A stretch of 24,000 bases of DNA from Firmicutes bacterium ZOR0006 (GCA_000798955.1 JTLC01000017.1:1-24000), one strand, 5' to 3'; shown: positions 8,647 through 18,885, counted from the first letter of the stretch. A program made the numbers and translations. The notes: generated by a model from the letters alone, not told the origin.

Positions 8647-9324
8647 ATGCAAAAACGGAATTATCAAGCGGAATTAGAGCAATTGATGGAACAACTCGCC
8701 CAAGAAGGCCGGCGACCAACATTGCTTGTCCATGCCTGTTGTGGGCCATGTAATACAAAAGTGCTCGACACTTTGGCAAAAGCATTTGCCATTACAGTGT
8801 TATTTTATAACCCAAATATTCACCCACGAAAAGAATATGATAAGCGGTGCAAGGCCCAAGCAGATTTTATTGCAGCTTTCAATGACAGACATCAGCATGA
8901 TGTTCAATTTGTTGAAGGGAAGTATGATCCGCGGCGCTTTTTTGAAGCAACACAGGGTTTAGGTGATGAGCCAGAAAAAGGGAAAAGGTGTGAAGTATGT
9001 TATGAGCTGCGCTTGCAAGAAGCAAAAAAATTTGCGGATGAACTCGGGTGTGAGTATTACACAACATCGCTGACAGTGAGTCCGTATAAAAACACGGAAG
9101 CAGTGAATCGAATTGGCGATGAACTTGATGCCGAGGCACTTAGTACAAGCCAAGCCAAATTTCTCCATTCTGATTTTAAAAAGAAAAATGGTTTTCGCGA
9201 ATCAGTAGAATTAGCGAAAGAATATGGCCTCTATCGGCAAAATTATTGTGGCTGTATTTATTCATATACCTCGCGTTTTGGAGCCATGGGAAAATTATCT
9301 AAAGAAAATATTGAGAAAAACTAA
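8647..9324 (+). CDS. queH: Epoxyqueuosine reductase QueH (DUF208 family)
   Basis: HACCGPC, NPNIHP..EY, CEVCYELR and YCGC cysteine motifs typical of QueH. GAGGAG RBS upstream. Confidence 0.85.
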   Translation: MQKRNYQAELEQLMEQLAQEGRRPTLLVHACCGPCNTKVLDTLAKAFAITVLFYNPNIHPRKEYDKRCKAQADFIAAFNDRHQHDVQFVEGKYDPRRFFEATQGLGDEPEKGKRCEVCYELRLQEAKKFADELGCEYYTTSLTVSPYKNTEAVNRIGDELDAEALSTSQAKFLHSDFKKKNGFRESVELAKEYGLYRQNYCGCIYSYTSRFGAMGKLSKENIEKN

Positions 9325-9347
9325 CCTTGAATTTCAAGGTTTTTTTC
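9323..9347 (+). terminator. Rho-independent terminator after queH
   Basis: AACCTTG/CAAGGTT stem followed by T6. Confidence 0.65.
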
Positions 9348-9389
9348 TTTATAGTTGATAAAATATAAAAAAGTAGTGGGGGTATAGAT

Positions 9390-10154
9390 ATGAAAAAAAC
9401 GGGGGTTATTTTCGGAAAGTTTTATCCAGTCCATTTAGGGCATATCTATTTTATTGAGATGGCGTCCCAATATGTGGATGAATTGATTATTGTGATGTGC
9501 TCACATCAAGAGCGTGATTATTATTTATGGGAACAAGGTCAAATCCAATACCAACCGACACCGGGTGATCGGATGATTTGGTTGAAAGCAATTTTTGCGA
9601 AGACACCTCATATCCAGCTCTTGCATTTACATGAAGAAGGAGTGCCTTTATATCCGTTTGGTTGGGAAGAATGGAGTGGAATGGCTAAGCAATTGTTAGC
9701 TACTCATGGCATTCAACCAGACATTATTTTTACAAATCAGTTGGATGATCTAGATAATTTTGAATTTTATTTTGAAGCTCATGTACAATTATTAGATGTA
9801 AAACGGATAAATATGCCAATTTCAGGAACACAAATTCGTCAACACTTATGGCGGCATTGGCAAGCAGTACCGATGTTAGTGCGTCCAAAATTACAACAAA
9901 AAATTTGCTTGATTGGTGAAGATGCTCCTGTTATCGCCCAACAACTCGCACTGACATTCAATACGATTGTTGCTAATGACTATCAAGGTGAGTATTTGGA
10001 AACACCATTTATTTTTACAACGGATTTGCATCAAGCAGCAGAATCCGTTTTACGATTCGCAATTGAAGAAAGCCACGGAGTTGAGCCGCACTTGTTGGTT
10101 GGTCGAGCAGGAGCGTATGGACAGTTGTTCAAGGCAATTAAACGTTATTTTTAG
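9390..10154 (+). CDS. NadR-type nicotinamide-nucleotide adenylyltransferase-like protein with vestigial C-terminal kinase-like region
   Basis: GKFYPVHLGH (GxFxPxHxGH) and ISGTQIR (ISxTxIR) nucleotidyltransferase motifs. The C-terminal ~85 aa has ICLIGEDAPVIA where NadR carries its Walker A. Confidence 0.7.
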   Translation: MKKTGVIFGKFYPVHLGHIYFIEMASQYVDELIIVMCSHQERDYYLWEQGQIQYQPTPGDRMIWLKAIFAKTPHIQLLHLHEEGVPLYPFGWEEWSGMAKQLLATHGIQPDIIFTNQLDDLDNFEFYFEAHVQLLDVKRINMPISGTQIRQHLWRHWQAVPMLVRPKLQQKICLIGEDAPVIAQQLALTFNTIVANDYQGEYLETPFIFTTDLHQAAESVLRFAIEESHGVEPHLLVGRAGAYGQLFKAIKRYF

Positions 10155-10202
10155 CTGAATTTCACAACATTTTTTGAAAGCGAATACAACATAAGAAATA
10201 GC

Positions 10203-10241
10203 AAAAAAAGCACTAAAATCGTTCGAAGAGTGCTTTTTTTG
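10203..10241 (+). terminator. Rho-independent terminator
   Basis: AGCACT/AGTGCT stem (10209-10214/10229-10234) flanked by A7 and T7. Confidence 0.6.
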
Positions 10242-10242
10242 T

Positions 10243-10270
10243 TTGAAACACTTAGAAGATGTAGTATAAT
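10243..10270 (+). promoter_or_regulatory. Candidate sigma-A promoter of eno
   Basis: TTGAAA (10243-10248), 16-nt spacer, TATAAT (10265-10270). Confidence 0.55.
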
Positions 10271-10295
10271 TTGTTTGTATCAATCTTTTGAATAA

Positions 10296-11600
<1,305 letters not shown>

Positions 11601-11608
11601 TTTTGCTT

Positions 11609-11636
11609 AAAAGAACACTTCGGTGTTCTTTTTTTG
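11609..11636 (+). terminator. Rho-independent terminator after eno
   Basis: AAGAACAC-ttcg-GTGTTCTT followed by a T-run. Confidence 0.8.
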
Positions 11637-11641
11637 TTTAA

Positions 11642-11670
11642 TTGACTTTTGATTGGTTTTAGGTTAACAT
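11642..11670 (+). promoter_or_regulatory. Weak candidate orphan promoter
   Basis: TTGACT (11642-11647), 17-nt spacer, TAACAT (11665-11670). No + strand ORF follows before the terminator at 11813-11843. Confidence 0.25.
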
Positions 11671-11812
11671 AAATAATGTCAGCGGTTTCAAAAACTGTAG
11701 TGACAATCAAATTGGCACCTTGTCATTGTTAGTTTGATTCATACCTTTCAGCGGAAATTTGGACTTTTCCCAAAGATAATCGCAAGATTGTTGAAATTTA
11801 TTTCCTACATTG

Positions 11813-11843
11813 AAAAAGCCACTGCATACGCAGTGGCTTTTTT
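11813..11843. terminator. Bidirectional rho-independent terminator
   Basis: A5-GCCACTGC-atac-GCAGTGGC-T6. Overlaps the stop codon of the minus-strand small gene. Confidence 0.75.
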
Positions 11844-12045
11844 AGTTGTGTTCGTGGAATGGATCGTGATCATCTAATTCCCCGAAGGTGAGGACTGTTT
11901 GTACGCTCGTTTCTTTGCTGTTTATTTCGTGGGATGGCTGTGAGAGTAGGCAAACATCATCGCTTTCTTGAATTGTTTGGGCCACTTTTGCTTCTAGTTC
12001 AGCAACTGTGGATGCGGTGATTGTTACAGTATAGATTGCTTTCAT
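11842..12045 (-). CDS. Small acidic hypothetical protein (67 aa)
   Basis: AAGGAG RBS 6 nt before ATG 12045. Own promoter (12097-12125) and terminator. I recognise no family. Confidence 0.6.
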   Translation of the reverse strand: MKAIYTVTITASTVAELEAKVAQTIQESDDVCLLSQPSHEINSKETSVQTVLTFGELDDHDPFHEHN

Positions 12046-12096
12046 AAACATCTCCTTTGCCGATCAGCACCGTTTAAAAATCCGGAGCATGAAAAT

Positions 12097-12125
12097 ACTA
12101 TACACACTTACGAAGCGAGTTACAA
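12097..12125 (-). promoter_or_regulatory. Candidate sigma-A promoter of the small orphan gene
   Basis: On the minus strand: TTGTAA, 17-nt spacer, TATAGT. Confidence 0.5.
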
Positions 12126-12200
12126 ATTAAAAAAAAACGAAGGAGATTAAGTTTTTTCAAGAAAGAAAACGGAAATTATCTGAATTTCTATAAAAACAAT

Positions 12201-12230
12201 TTGAATTTTAAATGGTGCATTTGGTATAAT
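12201..12230 (+). promoter_or_regulatory. Candidate sigma-A promoter of secG
   Basis: TTGAAT (12201-12206), 18-nt spacer, extended -10 TGgTATAAT (12222-12230). Confidence 0.5.
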
Positions 12231-12272
12231 AAAAAAAGGCAAACAATCAACAGGAAGTATGGAGGCAAGGCA

Positions 12273-12506
12273 ATGGAATCGGCTTTAAATATTCTTTTAT
12301 TTATTTTATCAATTTTTATCATCATTATTGTAGGAATGCAGGGAGCAAAAAGCGAAGATGCATCAAGTGCAATTATGGGTGGAAGTAGTGATTCGAAATT
12401 ATTTGCAGAATCAAAAGATCGTGGAATCGATTTGTTTTTAAATCGAGCAACAATCATTTCAGCAGTCGCATTTTTCGTTATCGTCATCGCAATTTGGGTG
12501 ATTTAA
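12273..12506 (+). CDS. secG: Preprotein translocase subunit SecG
   Basis: 77 aa with two hydrophobic helices flanking a ..LQ/MQGAKS..GG.. loop, as in SecG. GGAGG RBS 7 nt before ATG 12273. The longer ORF from 12201 overlaps the promoter. Confidence 0.85.
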   Translation: MESALNILLFILSIFIIIIVGMQGAKSEDASSAIMGGSSDSKLFAESKDRGIDLFLNRATIISAVAFFVIVIAIWVI

Positions 12507-12522
12507 CTAAGACTGACGATGT

Positions 12523-12567
12523 AAACAGGCGAGGACAGAAACTTTTGTTATGTTCGCGCCTGTTTTG
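12523..12567 (+). terminator. Rho-independent terminator after secG
   Basis: AAACAGGCG/CGCCTGTTT stem (12523-12531/12557-12565) with a T-run. Confidence 0.55.
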
Positions 12568-12644
12568 TATTATAATGAAGGTAAGAAATGATAATCTGGA
12601 CGTCCAAAGAAAGAGCAGTGTAAACTGAAAAAGGTGAATAACAG

Positions 12645-14939
12645 ATGAAAACAGCAATTTTAGCATATTTAATGCAACCGGAAATGAAGCAAGCAACAGT
12701 AAAAGAAATCGTGCTCGCGTTAGGTGTTTCGGCACAGCAAAGTGCTCAAGTTCAAAAGAATTTAGATGAACTCGAGCAAGCAGGAGATGTCATTCAAAGA
12801 AAAAAAAATAGTTCCTATCAAGCAAGTGAGAAACTAGGTTTCATCAAAGGAACTGTCATTGGTCATGCCCGTGGCTTTGCCTTCATGAGACCAACTGGCG
12901 GAACGGTAGCGGATGATTATTACTTAAAAGTAGAGAATGTCAACGGAGCTTACGATGGCGATCTTGTACTCGTAAAAGAATTGAGTAAAGCAACAGCAGA
13001 TTTACGAAAAGAAGGTGTCGTTGTTAAAATTATTCAACGGAGCTTTAAACCAATTGTCGGTACAATTGTGGCATATAATAAAAGTTATCTTGAATGTAAA
13101 GTGGATGATGAGCGCTTTAATGCTCGGGTCTTTATTGCCAAAGATGATAGTTTAGGTGCTGTTCCAGATCATAAAGTTGTCGTCCAACCACTCGAATACT
13201 ATGAAGATGGTGAGGTACTTGCACGTGTGAGTGAAATCATCGGGCATAAAAATGATCCAGGTGTGGATATCTTATCGATTATTTATAAAAATGGCATTTC
13301 AACTGAATTCAGTGCTGAAACATTAGCACAAGCAGCCGCAGTTGAAGAAGAAGTGGCTGAAACTGAATATGCGAATCGGAAAGATCATCGGTATGAAACG
13401 ATTGTGACAATTGATGGTGATGATGCCAAAGATTTAGATGACGCGGTAACTGTGCGTAAACTGGAAAATGGAAACTATTTTCTCGGTGTACACATCGCTG
13501 ATGTAAGCTATTATGTCACAATGGGAAGCCCAATGAGCAAAGAAGCGTATGAGCGAGGGACGAGTGTGTACCTTGTTGATCGCGTGATTCCAATGTTACC
13601 ACATCGTTTATCAAATGGAATCTGTTCGTTAAATCCTCATGTTGATCGGCTTGTGATGTCATGTGAAATGGAAATTAATTCCCAAGGTGAAGTGGTGCAG
13701 TATGAAATTTCTCAAGGTGTGATTCATTCAGCAGCACGAATGACGTATCGTGCCGTCAATGAAATTATTACTGATCAAAATCCGCAAACGATTGCTGATT
13801 ATGCTGAATTAGTACCAATGTTCCAAGATATGCATCAACTCGCACAAATTTTGGAAGCGAAACGCTATGATCGAGGAGCATTGGAATTTGATATTCCTGA
13901 AGCCAAGATTGAAGTTGATGAAGCTGGTAAGCCAATCGAGATTCACATGCGTGAACGCGGAACGAGTGAACGGATTATTGAGCAATTTATGCTCGAAGCA
14001 AATGAGTGTGTTGCCAAGCACTTTAAATTAGCAAAACTCCCATTTATTTATCGGATTCATGAAGAGCCGAGCGAACAAAAGCTCGAAAATTTTACAAATT
14101 TAGTTGCAAATTTAGGTTATCCAATTACAAGTGGTGAGGCGAAAATTTCGGCAAAGACGCTCCAACAAGTTTTGAAGGCGGCAATTGGTACTGACGCTGA
14201 AGCAGCTATTTCAACAATGCTCCTCCGCTCAATGCAAAAGGCACGCTATAGCGAAATCAGTGAAGGTCATTATGGGCTCGCTGCCCAATATTATACCCAC
14301 TTTACATCACCGATTCGGCGATACCCTGATTTAGTCGTACATCGCTGTATCCGCGAATTTTTAATTAACCAGCAGACAGATGACAAAACGCAAACAACAT
14401 GGAAACTTTCATTACCAGAAATTGCACAACAAACGTCTACTGCTGAACGCCGAGCGATTGACTGTGAACGAGCTGTTGATGATATGAAGAAAGCTGAATA
14501 CATGTTAGAACATGTTGGTGAAACTTTTTCAGGAATTGTTTCATCTGTGACTAATTTTGGACTTTTTGTCGAATTACCAAACACAATTGAGGGACTTGTG
14601 CACATGAGCGACCTCAGTGATGATCATTATGAATTTCACCAAAGTCAAATGTTACTGATTGGGAAACGAACAAGTAAAACGTTTAAAATTGGTGACCATG
14701 TTGAAATCGAAGTAATGAGTGTCGATAAAGATAAACCAGCAATTGACTTTAAAATTGTTGGAATGAAAAGTAGTGGCCGTGGATTCCGTAGAAATGACGC
14801 AAGACCACAGCGTGAAGGAAACTATCGCTCGCGCAATCGTCAAGAGAAGCAAACAGAAAAAGGTGGAAACAGTCGCCGCCGCGACGATCGCCGGGGGAGT
14901 AGTCCAAAAGGAAAACGGAATAACCGCCGTAAATCATAA
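12645..14939 (+). CDS. rnr: Ribonuclease R
   Basis: RNB catalytic motif DGDDAKDLDDAV, HYGLA..YTHFTSPIRRYPDL, a C-terminal S1 domain and a K/R-rich basic tail. Confidence 0.94.
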   Translation: MKTAILAYLMQPEMKQATVKEIVLALGVSAQQSAQVQKNLDELEQAGDVIQRKKNSSYQASEKLGFIKGTVIGHARGFAFMRPTGGTVADDYYLKVENVNGAYDGDLVLVKELSKATADLRKEGVVVKIIQRSFKPIVGTIVAYNKSYLECKVDDERFNARVFIAKDDSLGAVPDHKVVVQPLEYYEDGEVLARVSEIIGHKNDPGVDILSIIYKNGISTEFSAETLAQAAAVEEEVAETEYANRKDHRYETIVTIDGDDAKDLDDAVTVRKLENGNYFLGVHIADVSYYVTMGSPMSKEAYERGTSVYLVDRVIPMLPHRLSNGICSLNPHVDRLVMSCEMEINSQGEVVQYEISQGVIHSAARMTYRAVNEIITDQNPQTIADYAELVPMFQDMHQLAQILEAKRYDRGALEFDIPEAKIEVDEAGKPIEIHMRERGTSERIIEQFMLEANECVAKHFKLAKLPFIYRIHEEPSEQKLENFTNLVANLGYPITSGEAKISAKTLQQVLKAAIGTDAEAAISTMLLRSMQKARYSEISEGHYGLAAQYYTHFTSPIRRYPDLVVHRCIREFLINQQTDDKTQTTWKLSLPEIAQQTSTAERRAIDCERAVDDMKKAEYMLEHVGETFSGIVSSVTNFGLFVELPNTIEGLVHMSDLSDDHYEFHQSQMLLIGKRTSKTFKIGDHVEIEVMSVDKDKPAIDFKIVGMKSSGRGFRRNDARPQREGNYRSRNRQEKQTEKGGNSRRRDDRRGSSPKGKRNNRRKS

Positions 14940-14954
14940 CAAAGGAGAGTATGA

Positions 14955-16202
14955 ATGAAGAAAGTGAAACGTTCAGTCGCAAACCGCCGCCTTATTGTGT
15001 CACTTGTTTTACTCTTATTTATCATTGGCTTTTCAATCTTTTTAGGTTGGAGCTATGGACAACGTCCATATATTGTCGATGGTATCGATGAGTCAACAAG
15101 TCAAGTCAATCCAGAAGTGGTACCGCCAGCAGAGGAGGTACCACCAAATACGGAGACAACTGCAGAGCAAGAACCAACAATCACCAGTGCAACCTTTATG
15201 GGCACTGGTGATATTCTCATTCATTACACGAATTGGGAAGATGCCCAAATTGGTCCGAAAAGTTATGATTTCACCCCGGCTTTTGCTGCGATTAAACCAA
15301 TCATTCAACAGGCAAATTTTGCTTTTGCAAATGAGGAAACAATTCCTGGTGGAATAGAATTAGGTTTACAGTCATACCCACAGTTTAATAGTCCAAGCGA
15401 GGTAATTGATGCTTTAGCTGATACGGGATTCAATTTGATTCAACAAGCTTCAAACCATACTCTTGATCAAGGTGAGGCAGGAATAGCGAAAGCCTACGAA
15501 AAATGGCAAGAATATCCGGATGTTGCCGTTGTTGGTTCAGCTACATCACAAGCACAGCGAGATGAGGTAGCTATTATTGAGCAGAATGGGATAAAAGCTG
15601 CATTTTTAGCTTATACATATGGAACAAATGGCATGCCAATCCCAAATGAGTATAATGTCAACTTAATTGATCGGACACTCATTACAGCCGATGTGAAGCG
15701 AGCACAAGAGCAAGCAGATCTCGTGATTGTGGGCATGCATTGGGGTGATGAAGGCAGCAGTGAGGTCAATGCAATGCAACGCGAATATGGTCAATTATTA
15801 GCAGATTTAGGTGTTGATATCATTGTCGGAACGCACCCCCATGTCTTACAACCAGTAGAATGGTTGACGGGTAAAGATGGAAATCAAACATATGCAATAT
15901 GGTCAATGGGAAATGCACTTTCAACCCAACTTGAAATTCCAAATTTAACCGGAGGTATTTTCGGGATTACAATTGATAAAGTAACAACAGGTGAAACTAG
16001 TGAAATTCAGTTGCGCAATCCATTTGTAATACCAACATGGAATTATTATACGGCAGCTTATCGAGATTTTTTGATTCTGCCATTTGATCAAGTGGAAGCA
16101 AGCCAATTTCCCGGAGATTTTGCTGCTCATCAAGCAACAACAGAGGCAATTTTGCGGACATATGTACCGGAATTAACAATCGCCAAAAGTATTGATTTTT
16201 AG
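14955..16202 (+). CDS. CapA-family (PGA_cap metallophosphatase-like) membrane-anchored protein
   Basis: N-terminal TM anchor. [27 protein letters not shown] and GTHPHVLQP motifs typical of the CapA family. Confidence 0.8.
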   Translation: MKKVKRSVANRRLIVSLVLLLFIIGFSIFLGWSYGQRPYIVDGIDESTSQVNPEVVPPAEEVPPNTETTAEQEPTITSATFMGTGDILIHYTNWEDAQIGPKSYDFTPAFAAIKPIIQQANFAFANEETIPGGIELGLQSYPQFNSPSEVIDALADTGFNLIQQASNHTLDQGEAGIAKAYEKWQEYPDVAVVGSATSQAQRDEVAIIEQNGIKAAFLAYTYGTNGMPIPNEYNVNLIDRTLITADVKRAQEQADLVIVGMHWGDEGSSEVNAMQREYGQLLADLGVDIIVGTHPHVLQPVEWLTGKDGNQTYAIWSMGNALSTQLEIPNLTGGIFGITIDKVTTGETSEIQLRNPFVIPTWNYYTAAYRDFLILPFDQVEASQFPGDFAAHQATTEAILRTYVPELTIAKSIDF

Positions 16203-16212
16203 GAGGAAAGCC

Positions 16213-16680
16213 ATGGGAAAACATGGAGTAAAGATAGTTGCGAAAAATAAAAAAGCATACCATGATTATACAGTAGAAGAAAAATATGAAGCTGGAATTG
16301 TCCTGCAAGGAACAGAAATCAAATCAGTGCGCGCTGCTAAAGTGCAACTCAAAGAAAGTTTTGCACGAATTAAAAATGGTGAAGTATTTATTCATAACAT
16401 GCATATTAGTGAATTTACACACGGAAATCGCTTTAATCATGATCCACTGCGGGTTCGGAAATTATTAGTACATAAATCTGAGCGTTTAAAATTGGAACAA
16501 CGAATTAATCGTGATGGCTATACCCTAGTACCACTTGCAATTTATCTCAAAGATGGCTTTGCGAAAATGGAACTTGGATTAGCGAAGGGGAAAAAAACCC
16601 ATGATAAACGCCATGCATTAAAAGAGAAAGATGCGAAACGTGAGGTAGAGAAAGCATTTCGCCAACAACAAAAGTATTGA
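16213..16680 (+). CDS. smpB: SsrA-binding protein SmpB
   Basis: [24 protein letters not shown].. with a basic C-terminal tail. AGGAGG RBS precedes ATG 16213. Confidence 0.94.
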   Translation: MGKHGVKIVAKNKKAYHDYTVEEKYEAGIVLQGTEIKSVRAAKVQLKESFARIKNGEVFIHNMHISEFTHGNRFNHDPLRVRKLLVHKSERLKLEQRINRDGYTLVPLAIYLKDGFAKMELGLAKGKKTHDKRHALKEKDAKREVEKAFRQQQKY

Positions 16681-16700
16681 TGTGAATAAAGGGGAGTACG

Positions 16701-17264
16701 ATGCGAAAGATTTTAGGAGTGTGCCTGGTAGTTATCGGAATTGGCTTCATGGTTATTGGTGGACAGCAGCTGTACACAGCGTATCAAGCAGAAACAAGTA
16801 GTTTAGGAGCAGCAAAGGAAATTTTGACAACTAATGGTATCGTTACAAAACCAGAAGAATTTATACAAGGTGATATTATTGGTCTTGTCCGCATTGAGCG
16901 ACTAGGTTTTGAATCGGCGATTGTTGAGGGAGTCAAAGACGAAGACTTAATCAAAGGGGCGGGACACTTAAGCGAAACGGCTTTGCCTGGAGACAGTGAT
17001 AAAATTGTCTTAGCAGGACATCGCAATCAAGCATTTGGGAAGCTTGAGCATGTTGAAGTTGGTGATCGTGTTGAAGTACAAACAATTTATGGTAATTATA
17101 CATATCGAGTTCGGGCAATGGCAGTTGTTGATGAAACACAAACGGAAATTTTATTACCAACGGCTCCGAAAGAAGAACTCGTGTTATTTACTTGTTATCC
17201 ATTTGTTTTTGGGGCACCAACGGAGCAACGCTATGTTGTATACAGTGATTTAGTGAGCGAATAG
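16701..17264 (+). CDS. Sortase-family transpeptidase (small, class D/E-like; class not resolved)
   Basis: N-terminal TM anchor, catalytic His in LAGHR, Cys in LFTCYP and Arg in EQRYVVY. Confidence 0.8.
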   Translation: MRKILGVCLVVIGIGFMVIGGQQLYTAYQAETSSLGAAKEILTTNGIVTKPEEFIQGDIIGLVRIERLGFESAIVEGVKDEDLIKGAGHLSETALPGDSDKIVLAGHRNQAFGKLEHVEVGDRVEVQTIYGNYTYRVRAMAVVDETQTEILLPTAPKEELVLFTCYPFVFGAPTEQRYVVYSDLVSE

Positions 17265-17296
17265 TGGAAAAGGACTAGTCCTTTTCCACTATTTTT
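17263..17296 (+). terminator. Rho-independent terminator after the sortase gene
   Basis: AGTGGAAAAGGAC/GTCCTTTTCCACT long stem followed by ATTTTT. Confidence 0.75.
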
Positions 17297-17304
17297 GATA
17301 TAAT
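17296..17304 (+). promoter_or_regulatory. Extended -10 promoter element of ssrA
   Basis: TGaTATAAT, about 22 nt upstream of the mature tmRNA 5' end. Confidence 0.45.
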
Positions 17305-17325
17305 CAGGAGTGACTATATCAACCT

Positions 17326-17675
17326 GGGGGTGTTTTGGATTCGACAGGTATGCTAGGGTATAGGTTGCAAGCCGGCGGTATTCCGTAACTTACACTCGTT
17401 TAATATAAACGGAAACTATAACACAAACTTAGCAGCTGCCTAATTAATTGTAGCTCCCTTATCGAGTAATCGCCCATGTTGCGCGAATAAGGGTCACTAA
17501 TGTGGGATACGCGTTACGCATCCGTCTGGTGCAAGACGAAGAGACTAATCAGGCTCGAAGGATAGATGGTTGTTCATTTCCAAGTTAGCCTTTTAAAAAT
17601 TTAGATGAACTAAGCTTGTAGATGCCTATATTGAGGTGTGCTTGGACACGGGTTCGATTCCCGTCACCTCCACCA
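17326..17675 (+). ncRNA. ssrA: Transfer-messenger RNA (tmRNA)
   Basis: 5' GGGGGTG pairs with 3' CACCTCC-ACCA, with a G3:U alanine-identity pair. GGATTCGACAGG near the 5' end and T-arm GGTTCGATTCCCG. Tag reading frame 17411-17443 is GGA AAC TAT AAC ACA AAC TTA GCA GCT GCC TAA, giving (A)GNYNTNLAAA. Confidence 0.95.
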
Positions 17676-17755
17676 AAAAAACTAGAGAGTCTAATGCCGA
17701 TTTTGTTCACATGGGATAAAATTAGCAAAAGTGGAAGACTTAAAATAAACAGAAA

Positions 17756-17797
17756 AAGAGTGCACTCACTCGCTAAATGCGAGCAGTGCACTCTTTT
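17756..17797 (+). terminator. Rho-independent terminator downstream of ssrA
   Basis: Long imperfect stem AAGAGTGCACT..CTCGC / GCGAG..AGTGCACTCTT followed by TTTT. Confidence 0.7.
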
Positions 17798-17842
17798 GGT
17801 TTATTTGAGACTTCCATAGGCGGTAGCTCATTTCTGAAATAA

Positions 17843-18106
17843 GTGCTCGAAGCTGATTCCCACCTAGCGCACTAGGTGGGAAAATGATGGCATAGAAAAT
17901 AAGAAAACGGCTGAATCTCTCGAAAGAGGACACAGCCGTTTTTGATTTTCAGCCAATCATTAAGCTGAGACACGTTAAGAAATAAACGTCTGACTGCGGT
18001 GCTATCTCAAAGCAATAAAGGAAAGCATCGGTACGAGTAGAAAATACAAAGTTAAAAGCCTGTAGTCTATCACGAAAGTGAGAGCTACAGGCTTTTAATT
18101 TTTTTA
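17843..18106 (+). repeat. Modular intergenic structured repeat, copy 3
   Basis: Hairpin A 17859-17867/17872-17880, conserved linker AAAATGATGGCATAGAAAATAAGAAAA, T1 17904-17913/17933-17942, TTTTTGATTTTCAGCCAATCA, hairpin C 17997-18003/18024-18030, T2 18057-18065/18085-18093. Confidence 0.72.
18054..18106. terminator. Bidirectional terminator (3' hairpin of repeat copy 3; also ends the minus-strand repressor gene)
   Basis: AAAAGCCTGTAG/CTACAGGCTTTT stem flanked by an A-tract and T7. Confidence 0.7.
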
Positions 18107-18703
18107 GATATTACGAATAACTTGGATAACACGTCCAATGATTTTCGCTCCTTCTTGATTGATTGAAATTGGTTCATATAATTCATTTTCTGGTAATAAC
18201 CAATGTTCTTTGCCATCAAAACGATAACGTTTTAAGGTTGCGTTGTTATAATCGACTGAGGCGACAACAATTTCATTGTTATAAGCAGTCGGAGATTGTT
18301 GAACAACGACAATATCACCGTCAACGATATGAGCATTAATCATACTATCACCTTTCACTCGGAGAGCAAATAATGGTGAAGTTGGACGACGATTCATCAT
18401 TACTGGAATCAGTTCGGCATCGGCAGTAAGCATCTCAATTGGGACACCAGCAGTAACGAAAGAAACAAGTGGAACCTCAACAAAATCTACGACGTTGCGA
18501 TCAGGTAATTCAACTTCGATTAAAGAAGCAAGATCGAGTTGAAAATGATGGGCTAACTTTTCAAAAAATTGAATATTAGGTTGTCGCCGACCATTTTCGT
18601 AGTTCGCATAGGTAAATTGATTCATCCCTAATTGCTCGGCAACGTCTTTTTGGGTTAATTTGTGCTCTTTGCGATAGGCACGCATAGTTTCAATCCAAAG
18701 CAT
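18104..18703 (-). CDS. XRE-family HTH / S24 peptidase LexA-like (HdiR/CI-type) autocleavable repressor
   Basis: N-terminal HTH_XRE (LTQKDVAEQLGMNQFTYANYENGRR). Ala-Gly cleavage-site context VTAGVP, catalytic Ser in GDSM and Lys in TLKRY. AGGTGA RBS before ATG 18703. Confidence 0.85.
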   Translation of the reverse strand: MLWIETMRAYRKEHKLTQKDVAEQLGMNQFTYANYENGRRQPNIQFFEKLAHHFQLDLASLIEVELPDRNVVDFVEVPLVSFVTAGVPIEMLTADAELIPVMMNRRPTSPLFALRVKGDSMINAHIVDGDIVVVQQSPTAYNNEIVVASVDYNNATLKRYRFDGKEHWLLPENELYEPISINQEGAKIIGRVIQVIRNI

Positions 18704-18747
18704 GAGTTCACCTACTTTCTCAAAAAATTTTAGAATGTTCTATTACT

Positions 18748-18776
18748 AGTATAACGTAAAATACGAACGTGGTCAA
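18748..18776 (-). promoter_or_regulatory. Candidate sigma-A promoter of the XRE/S24 repressor gene
   Basis: On the minus strand: TTGACC, 17-nt spacer, TATACT. The TAGAA-tg-TTCTA inverted repeat (18731-18742) lies at the predicted start. Confidence 0.55.
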
Positions 18777-18885
18777 AATGAAAAAATAATAATTAAAATG
18801 ACAAATAAACGTTGTTTCTCGCAAGCAATAAATATATAAAAAAACATTAAATTTGTGAATATTAGCAAAAATTTTTCATTTTTTT

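Noticed and set aside
17622-17819. ORFs overlapping tmRNA (17622-17819 + and 17585-17791 -).
   Set aside because: They are embedded in the 3' domain of ssrA and its terminator, so they are artefacts of the RNA gene.
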